The position numbers were made by a program, and so were the translations under genes. From the NCBI GenBank assembly GCA_905178155.1, contig CAJINV010000005.1:3531902-3595901 (forward strand): a stretch of DNA of 64,000 bases, in the 5' to 3' direction. Position 1 is the first letter of the stretch. Each line of letters starts with the position of its first letter. The notes beneath the pieces were generated by a model. It saw nothing but the letters and a program-made list of their open reading frames with translations. It made no database searches and was not told the DNA's origin. Origin of the DNA: Amoebophrya sp. A120. Lineage: Eukaryota; Protista; Dinoflagellata. Below, piece by piece: positions 50,390 to 58,589 of this stretch.

Positions 50390-53300
50390 TGGTCCTCGTC
50401 CTGCACGTATTAGTTCTCCTACTTCAACTTCTTCCGCACCCCCTGCTGCTGCAGCAACGCCAGCTTCGGTTCTTGTTCTTCTTGTTCTCTCCCCCTTGAA
50501 CTGGATCTGGATTTCGTCCTCCTCGTCCCCCTCGCCAGTCAATTTTTGCTTTTCTGCTTTCAACTCGGCGAAGGTTTTCCAACTACTGAAGTCCACTTCG
50601 GCCACCGCGCTTAACAGCTCCCGCACCTCTGGCGTAAGCAACAGGAGCGTCGAAGAGGACCTCGCTCCAGGAGATCTGGCGGGTTGGCGTTCTTGGGGTT
50701 TGTTGGTGTGGTTTCTCGTCCTCTTTGCTCTTCGTTGTACGCGGCGAGGACCTCCAGATGGCGCAACGTCCGCCTGCTCTTTATGGCGTTCTCAAACGTT
50801 ACACTCTCAACTGTTGCATGAATTTGTCATGCATACCCGACTGCACCACATCAAAAACCTTTGCACCGTCGCCGCAAGCAGCTTCGGACGCAGGAGATCT
50901 AGGGTCAGAACCGCGCAAAATATCGCGAGTTTATCTTCATCCCCGGGCGCTTATATTATCTTTTCCTTACTTCTCGCTAACACTGTATGAGCTGCTGCAG
51001 ACGCACTGTGATAGGGAGATTCACAGGCGCCACAATAATCAACGCATGAATTTGTCATGCAAAAGTACCTTAAGCCGGCAGATGATCGAGCTGCTTCGCA
51101 TGACAAATTTCGAAAGGGCTAGACAGCATCTAAATCCGCGCCAAACTTGTCATGCAAAAGGCGCAATCTTCCTCCTTTCACTTTTGCCAGTCTTGCATTG
51201 CAAATCATGTAACAGTTGAGAATGTAACAGTTTAGAACGCCATACTCTTCATCTTCCGCCTCGTCTGCCTTTTCGCTCTCGACGAGTAGCGAAGGCCTTT
51301 GCAGCTTCGTGATCACCTGCATGCATTGCAAAAGTATCGCTATCGTAGTCGTACAACGTCGAACTTCTTATAGAATGACAAATTTTTCCAGATGAAGGAA
51401 GAATGGATTCTGTAATGGATGCTGAGTTAGCTCGTCCTAAGACACCAGATCTGTCATGAACATGAATGACAGCAATTTATACGAGTACGATACTTTATTT
51501 GCAGAACATAACGCGCAGCCGATCTTCCGGAGTTGTAGCTGATCCTACTTCAGCGAACGAGGAAAAAGCTGCCGGCGAAGTCATGGTCATGACTTCGCCG
51601 CTTGATATTGCCCTGTCGGACGCGATGTCTTCCACATGTTCAATGTTCAGAAGGATGGCTGCGTAGGTGTATGCATTGCGAATAGAATGTCTGGGCGGCT
51701 TACTAGAAAGATATTACCGACTTCCGATGCGGATTCTGGACGAACACGCAAAAATCTGTGTTGCATCGTCAGCAAAAGATGTCCGACCTCCGGGACGAGA
51801 GGGCATTTCTCATGCAGACCAGCCATCAGAAAGTGAAAGCCTTCCAAAAGCTGCATCTTCCGCGACCTCCGTGCACAGACATGCAATAACATCTGCAAGA
51901 CAATTGCCTGACTGTTCTTCGAGACCCAGACATACTTGCACTTGGTAAGGTGCGAAGGGATTTGATGGCTTCGTGCGCCACGTCGTAAAACATTTCTACC
52001 GTCTATCAACCAAAAAAGTGTTGACGTTAGCGGGTATTTTCACAGATTGTACTTGTAGTCATGCAGCATGAGCATAAAAAATTTTGCTCTAGCATGTCGC
52101 ACGTTGTACGTAAGCGTAACACTGTTCTTTTGTTTTTGTTATTTGCGTTTCTGCATGATACATTCACGCGTCACAATCAATTCCGCTAATACATAGCACT
52201 TTTTCCTCTGATACCATGATAGACGTGTCTAAGCCCTGCAGAAACTTGATCGCCGTAGCCAAGTGCTTCCACAGTGGAACGTCGGTCGTGCCCCCAGTGT
52301 GACTCGACGAGCCCAGACCCAGCACGTCGTTGATCTTGCTGGACACCTCTTCCGAGTCCCGCAGTACATCTTCCACTACAGACCGCATGGCGGTCGCTTC
52401 TCGGCTGCTCGCCTCGATGCCTTGCTGGAGAAGGCCGCAGGTGTATGCAGTGCAAAGATGTCTGGGTCGGAAGAGTGCGAGATGTGGCTGGTTGGTTGGA
52501 TAGCGCCTGTCGCCCCCGGCTCAGGTCCCGCCCTCCATCGATTGCGATCCGGAGTAGCCGGAACACAGTGGCGCAATCGATCGCCGAAGTCCTATATAAC
52601 CAGGCCACAGTCAACATCCGGCTGCCCTGGAATCATTCGGGGGCCAGGCACCGTCTAGGAGCTACGGACTAGGGATCTAGAGTTGTCATGCTAGTCTGGC
52701 ATGTTGACCCTGAGCTCTGTCTTGCGTGGCCTCCAACAAAAGCTCCTGCTCCTGTCTATCGTGCAAAGCCGCAGTTGCTTCTGATGAGGAACATAGTTAG
52801 TAAGTAAGTACACATCACAGAGCCACAAAAAAATAGTATGTCATGCTTGGCGGGGGCGCAATGAAGTCGTGTGCCTATCTATCATTCACTGACGTGCGAC
52901 GTCACAACTTCAACTTTTCAGACTGAGACACATTTGCATTATGGTAAGGTGCCTTCCGTGGCAATCTGGACGGCGGCACCGAGAAAGGCGTCCCGCATGT
53001 CCTCGAGCCACTCGGTAACCATCCCCACTTCATCCGGCAGCAACAGATTCCACAAATGCTTCATGGCGAAGTCCGCCAAGTGCTTGTAGAAGGAAAGGTC
53101 CTATCACTCTGGAAAAGTATCGCACTTTTGGTGGTAGTAATTGCAGTCATGCATGTGCATCACATCAAATCGGACTTCCTACTACCTAAACCAGCATGAC
53201 AACTTGCGTTTTTATTCTTGTTCTTGAAAATTATATTTGCGAGGATGCGATTTTCGTTTATAGTTTTTCATACCAGTACGATACTTTCGCTATGCATAAA

Positions 53301-55095
53301 TCCTGCAGCGTTTCCTTGATGAAGGTCAGGACCGTCTCGCGAATGCTCGGTGTGGCCAAGATATGCAAAAGAAAAACTGCGTATGTTGTAATGCAGAAAT
53401 GAAGGCAACAGAGAAGTTACACGACTTGTCATGCCAGACAACCACGAAGCTGTGTGTTCCTGTGTGTTTTCATCGCGTAGTCCTAGCTATGCATGCAGAG
53501 CGAATTTGTGATGCTGTCACGGACTCGTCCAAGAAAATTACAGGTAGACGAAACACAGTTTTTTCCTTGCATACAAGAGGTACTTCTCCTCCTGCTGCTC
53601 CTCGTCGCGGCCGGCGTGGGGACCATGCTCTGCATGAGCCTGATGTTGATGGAGCTAATCGGTAGGTTTTCTATCAGGATGTAGATGTTGGAGTTCGTCG
53701 TGTTGATGTTGATGATTAATATTACCACGCGGCGATGGATTAGGTCCTCGTGTTCTTGTAGTACGTCGCAAACTCTCCTTATGCTCCTGCTCATTCTTCG
53801 AACTACTCTTCATCTTGTTGTTCCTTTTCATCTTGGTGCGACGCTTCTCGAGGACTGTGATTTTCTCTACTTCTACGTAATTCTTGCGTTCAACTGCATC
53901 TCCTGCCTGATGATCTGATGACGCCGCGGCGGATTCTTCGCTTTCTGTGTTAAATAACTTCAGAAAATCCCTCTCACCCCGTATCAAATGCAAAAGTGTC
54001 TGGGGCTGGAAACTTGTGATGCTGGGTGGCGTATCATGAGGAGGCCACAAGTGCTGGCTCAGCATGAGAAGTTTCTGAGCTTCTAGGTGTTGCCTATTCT
54101 GCATGACGCACTGTGTTTCTGCATGACAGAAAAGTGGCGCTCTTGGGTAACGTGCATGACAGATTTAAGAGTCATGCCAGACAAGCATGACAAACATATT
54201 ACGCTCTTCCAGACCCAGACATCTTTACATTTGATACCCCGCTGCAACTGCTGATGTATCGCCGGTGTTCCGGCACCGGAGGTTCCCAGTTGTGCTGAGT
54301 TGTCTCTGAAAGGATTTGGCGCCCGGTTGTCGACCGCTGACTCGTAGGCTGTGCTGTTAAAAAGCATCGACCTTCTAGAATCTGCGGGCAGGTCGAAGTT
54401 GTGCCTTCGAAACGCCATTCTTTGCGTGCTCTCGACGTTTGAGAAGATTTATGCATTGCAAAAATGTCTGGGTCTGGATGATTCCGGGATTTGTCATGCA
54501 CTTTTTCCAAGCTCCCGGAAGTCTGGAATGCGGGGCCTAACATCGCAGGTTCTGCCGCCCCTTCGTGATGCCTATTCTGCATGAGAAATACCCTGTCAGC
54601 ATGGCCAGAAGGCAGCACCTTTTGCCAGTCATGCAACACAGATCTATGTACGATCCGCAACTCGCATCACAAGTTCGGATCCTTCCAGACCACCCAGACA
54701 TTTTTGCATTTGATAAGATTGTAGCCATGGAATCCACAGGAAAAAAAAAAACCAAACGCAGCATGAGCATGATTCGCAGTCGCATTTGCAGGCTGTATGA
54801 CAACCACCACCTATAATTGCATCATTATCGATTCTACGATCAAACATGTTCCACACCTTATTGCGGCTGACATCTTGGGTCTACAACTACACAGAGCGTG
54901 GTTTTCATTTTTTCCCAGAACGATAAATGGAGCTCAGCGGCCTGCGTCGCTTATCCAGATACCACTCTTTTCGGTTGATGCGATAGTGGTTTCCTGGGCC
55001 GCGCAAAAACGTGCCATCGTCACCAAAATGCAACTCCTGCCTGATGATCTGATGACGCCGCGGCGGATGAAGATGAAGATGAAGAACGAGGAAGT
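50390..55095 (-). CDS. Eleven short exons of a large hypothetical protein separated by ten introners; one in-frame TAG at 53655-53657
   Basis: All ten junctions are in frame under the element-plus-5-nt rule, e.g. KYLLATPSIRETVLTFIKETLQDLSFYKHLADFAMKHLWNLLL...ATEGTCGLLQQG...SIMVEMFYDVAHEAIKSLRTYAAILL. Confidence 0.65.
50782..51244. mobile_element. Introner family C expanded to 463 bp by a 210-bp nested insert, DR CTCTT
   Basis: Family C TIR. GCATGAATTTGTCATGCA is duplicated at 50816-50833 and 51044-51061. Without the insert it is 235 bp, the same as 30304. Confidence 0.9.
51320..51510. mobile_element. Introner family B (191 bp), now readable as a GT-AG intron
   Basis: Family B TIR. Minus strand reads CGC|GTTATG...ATGCAG|GTG. 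Confidence 0.85.
51670..51947. mobile_element. Introner family A (278 bp), DR AGGTG
   Basis: Degenerate family A TIR, perfect DR; removal gives SLRTYAAIL. Confidence 0.85.
52004..52213. mobile_element. Introner (210 bp), degenerate DR CCGTC/CCATG
   Basis: IR TATCA....AAAAAGTG; removal plus 5 nt gives SIMVEMFY. Confidence 0.75.
52444..52946. mobile_element. Oversized family A introner (503 bp), DR AGGTG
   Basis: Family A-like ends, perfect DR, GC-rich extra block at about 52485-52675; removal gives TEGTCGLL. Confidence 0.85.
53102..53298. mobile_element. Introner family B (197 bp), degenerate DR GGTCC/AATCC
   Basis: AAAGTATCGYACT IR core; frame restored. Confidence 0.8.
53362..53573. mobile_element. 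Introner family E-like (212 bp), DR CAAGA
   Basis: IR TATGCAA....AAAAACTG; removal gives EKYLLATPS. Confidence 0.9.
53982..54236. mobile_element. Introner family A (255 bp), DR CCCCG
   Basis: Family A TIR; removal gives LQRGERDF. Inverted sister of 28441. Confidence 0.9.
54450..54715. mobile_element. Introner family A (266 bp), DR AGATT
   Basis: Family A TIR; removal gives ATIFSNVES. Confidence 0.9.
54731..54925. mobile_element. Degenerate introner (195 bp), DR CATGG/AATGG
   Basis: Weak IR (ATC...GGAAAAAA...AAAACC). Removal links ...WYLDKRRRPLSS to ATIF in frame. Confidence 0.6.
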
Positions 55096-56074
55096 TATGG
55101 GGTCGTCAACGTTATATTTGCCTCAGACCGTAAAAAAAATTCTGCGCGCATTTTTTCGCGGCGCAAAGCTAGTAAACCTGTGCACGCTAGTGAGGGGCTG
55201 ACTTGAACGCGGTTTGTTTTACCTAGCTTGTCAGCAGCAGTGCTCCCTCTAGTAGGTAAGTGAGTATTGACGCGAAGGGGGGCGGGGCGCTGGGGGTTCT
55301 TCTGTGGCTGATGTTTTCACCTAGAAAACGCCGCGCGCAATATTTTGTTCCGTTTTCCGGATTGCTCTCTCCGTGCACCTATTTGCCGCTATGGCCTGGG
55401 TCAGCGTGTGAGGCTGGAAACGCCCCGCGAGATGTCTACACAGGCCCTGGCCTCGTCGTCTCTAGCGGGCACTACGCACATATGTTGGCCGCGAAGGCCT
55501 TTCCGGAGCCCTTCCAAAAAGGGGGGGCCGGAGGGGTGCCCGGAACCCTAAAAAAAAGCCTATTGCTTTTTCTTCGAATCACGATGGTGCTACCCCTCCC
55601 CAAAAGGGGTCCCGGAACCCCTCTGGGAGCTCTTCCCGGTACACGCGCGCGGGAACCCCTCTGGGGAACCACTCTGGGAACTCCCCAAAAGCGCGCGCGC
55701 CTGCCGGTACACGCGCGCACAGCTGCGCGACATTAGAAACAAGGGGAGGCGCAGCCGCGGCCGGTTCCGTTTGCGCCCTCGACTCCGACCGACTTGCACA
55801 GATTGAGGCCCATTGTCTAGCGGCTGGACTGCAAGAGGACCTGCTGCAGCACCTCCAGGCTGCAGGGGTGCTCCGAGGCAAGTCCGTGGAGCAGCAGCGC
55901 CGGATAGCTCCGTCTTTAGCCACTGAAAAGCGTTGCGAATAAGCTAGCTAGTTCATTAGGTGTGCAACATAGTGGGGGGCTATACGTCTGCAACGTGATG
56001 GACATCAAATACAAAAAAAGGCGCGCGGAAAATTTTTTACTGCTTGAGGCAAATACAAGTTTGACGACGCCATC
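55096..56074. mobile_element. 979-bp TIR element with about 60-bp TIRs related to family C, flanked by a 59-bp duplication
   Basis: ATGG.GTCGTCAA...TATTTGCCTCA....GTAAAAAA.TT..GCGCGC.TTTTTT is inverted at both ends. Identical 59-mers at 55034-55092 and 56074-56132. Confidence 0.8.
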
Positions 56075-58400
56075 TCCTGCCTGATGATCTGATGACGCCG
56101 CGGCGGATGAAGATGAAGATGAAGAACGAGGATGATCTTCCGGAGATGAAGTAGAACCTCCAAGACGAGCTGTGCCTCCTCGACGAGGACCCTGCTGATC
56201 ATGCTCGTCTTCTACGACCCGTAAAAATTGCAGCTCACGTGCTACTTCAGGCGGCGTCTCGCCCTGCTGTGTCGCGACGACGCGCAGGGTTTGGTCATCG
56301 TCTCTGCTGGGCGGGTTGCTGGTGCTCTCTTCCAACATAGAAGAGAGATCAAAGAACCCTTCGCCGTTGTGGTGCCCAACATTGTCCAAGTTGACGCGAG
56401 AAAAGTCGTGGCTGGCATCACAACATGAATGAGCACCAAAATCCTCGACAATGTCCTCTATGATGTTCACGACCCCCGCAAAAGGTAAAAGAAGTTCCGT
56501 TATGAGTCCGTTGCCTTCGGATTTATCTTTCCGCATCCACCGCTTTTCGGCCCGGTACCTCTTGTCTCTGTAGAGTCGTAGAATTTCGATCACGTCGAGT
56601 TGGGCAAACAGCTTGACCGCCCAACCCCGAACTTCTTGCAGTAGGAGGGTGCCAAAGGATTTCGTCTTTTGGAAGAAAGACAGGTCGTCCGTGCTGACAG
56701 CGAGCTTGGCCTGCTCGAGTTTCTGCTCGGCTGCGGTCAGCTTGCCTAGAAACTGGATGCCCGTACGAAGCAACTCGAGCACTAAGTCGTCCGAGAAAAA
56801 TCGGAGCACGGGCCGCACCAGAGCGGCCAACCGCCCCACCACCGGAAACAGGTGGAGCGCCGCGTCCGCAAACCACTGCCAGAAGACCAGAAACTGGTCC
56901 GTCAATCCGCGGATGATGATCCCGCCAACTTCCTCGGCCAAGGCCTCAATTTCGTCCTCAGCGGCCGCAAGCATTTTGTGTCCCTTGGCCTCCGCTGTCA
57001 ACGGCTGCCAGTGCGCCTCGTCCCACGTGGTCATCAGGCGCTGCATCTCCGCCCCCGGGATAGGAGGCTTCCCCACCAGCTTGTGCAGCAGAAACGACAA
57101 CTCGTTCTGGTGCACGACGTCGGCAACCATGTCCTGAAAGTACCCCAGCAAGCTGAAACCGACGGTATCGAGCCACTTCGGGAGAAAATCGTGGACCAGA
57201 CGGCGCGGCAGCGGCTCGAGCACCAGCGCGGCAATCTGCCCGACCACGTAGCGGTCGATCAGCTTCTGCATGGTTGACATCTTTGCCGGAAAGCTGGTCC
57301 GAATTTGGTCAACCACCACCATGCACACGTCGAGGAAAAAGCTCAACACCGCCTCCTTGCACGACTGCCAAATGGTGGACAAATACCTCGACACGAGGGT
57401 ATCCCCGATCCAGATGATCATCAGTTTCTTGGAAACCTCGAACAGTTTCCCCACGTTGTCCCAAGTTTTTTTTCGTTCCTCCAGGTGCTTGTCGTGTTCA
57501 GGCTTGTGCGCGATAGTCCTCACCTTTTTCCCGTTGAGGGTGAGGCGCAGATCCGCATCGATTTTCAGGCGTGAAGAAGATTTTTCATGATCGGCATCGT
57601 CCAGCATCCGTGTGGGACTCCGACCGACTCGGTCGTTGAAGCGGGCGGGTGTGGACACGCGTTTCATCAGCTGCTCCCCTGCGGTCGGGGCCGCATCATC
57701 ACCATCATAATCTACGCCAGAGGGCCACTCACATGCTTCGCCGTGCTTGTCGTTGGTTTTTGCCGCGTGTTTCTGTTTCTTGTGCTTCTCTTCGTGATCA
57801 TGTGGATGCTGTTTTTGATTCGTCTCGTCCTTGGCCTTCCGCCGAAGAAGTTCCGCCTTTTGCCAAAGTTTCCAACCCCGCGCTTCCTCTTTTTCCTTCT
57901 TTTCACGCTTCACTGCTGCGTTGTGTCTGTCCTGCATCATCTTCTTCAGAATTTGGTGGTAGCGAGCAGGACTAGTTTTTTTTCGGTTCTTTACGTTTCT
58001 CATCAGGTCTTTTCCTTTTTGCGCCAATCTTTCCGCGCGCGATGGTTTTTTGTCCTCCCTGCTCATATTTTTTTTCTCAGCCGAGTGGTCGTCGTCTCCT
58101 TTGGAGGTCTGATGATCGTTTGAAGGGTGCTTTTCAGGATGATGCTTCTGAAGATCTTCGAAGTTAGGATGTTTTTGGTCATGGGGATGATGATCATCAT
58201 CATGATGACCATCAACCTCAAGAGGGGGTGATGATTTTTCATGTCCTCCATCATGATGAGCGGGTTGATGATGATGCTTGTGTTGCTGCTGTAGAGCATG
58301 TGCATGTCGCTGGGTTCTGGAGACTTCCAGCAGTGTTTTGTCGGTCGCGTCGTGGATCGCGTTGGACGGCGCAGCCTCTGGCAGCTGCTCTGGCGCGACC
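55916..58400 (-). CDS. Large internal exon of a hypothetical protein (His-rich region followed by a helical domain)
   Basis: From the 853-aa ORF 55916-58477. Its first about 26 codons are introner sequence, and everything below about 56075 is TIR sequence. Confidence 0.7.
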
Positions 58401-58589
58401 TGTGCCATGCAAAAGTATCGGAATCGGAATAGTAGTACAATGTGCATGTTGATGACAAATGATCGTCGGAAGAACAAAAACGCAACTTTGCATCATGCCA
58501 GTTAAGGTACTAGAAAGCTCGGCTCGTCGTGGTCATGCATGTTGACTGCAACTACTACAAGTACGATGCTTGTTGTTTTCCAGATGATA
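58401..58589. mobile_element. Old family B introner (189 bp), DR CGACC/CGGCC, readable as a GC-AG intron at 58400-58593
   Basis: TGCAAAAGTATCG / CGATGCTTGT IR remnants. Minus strand GAG|GCCGTA...CACAG|GTC is in frame. Confidence 0.75.
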
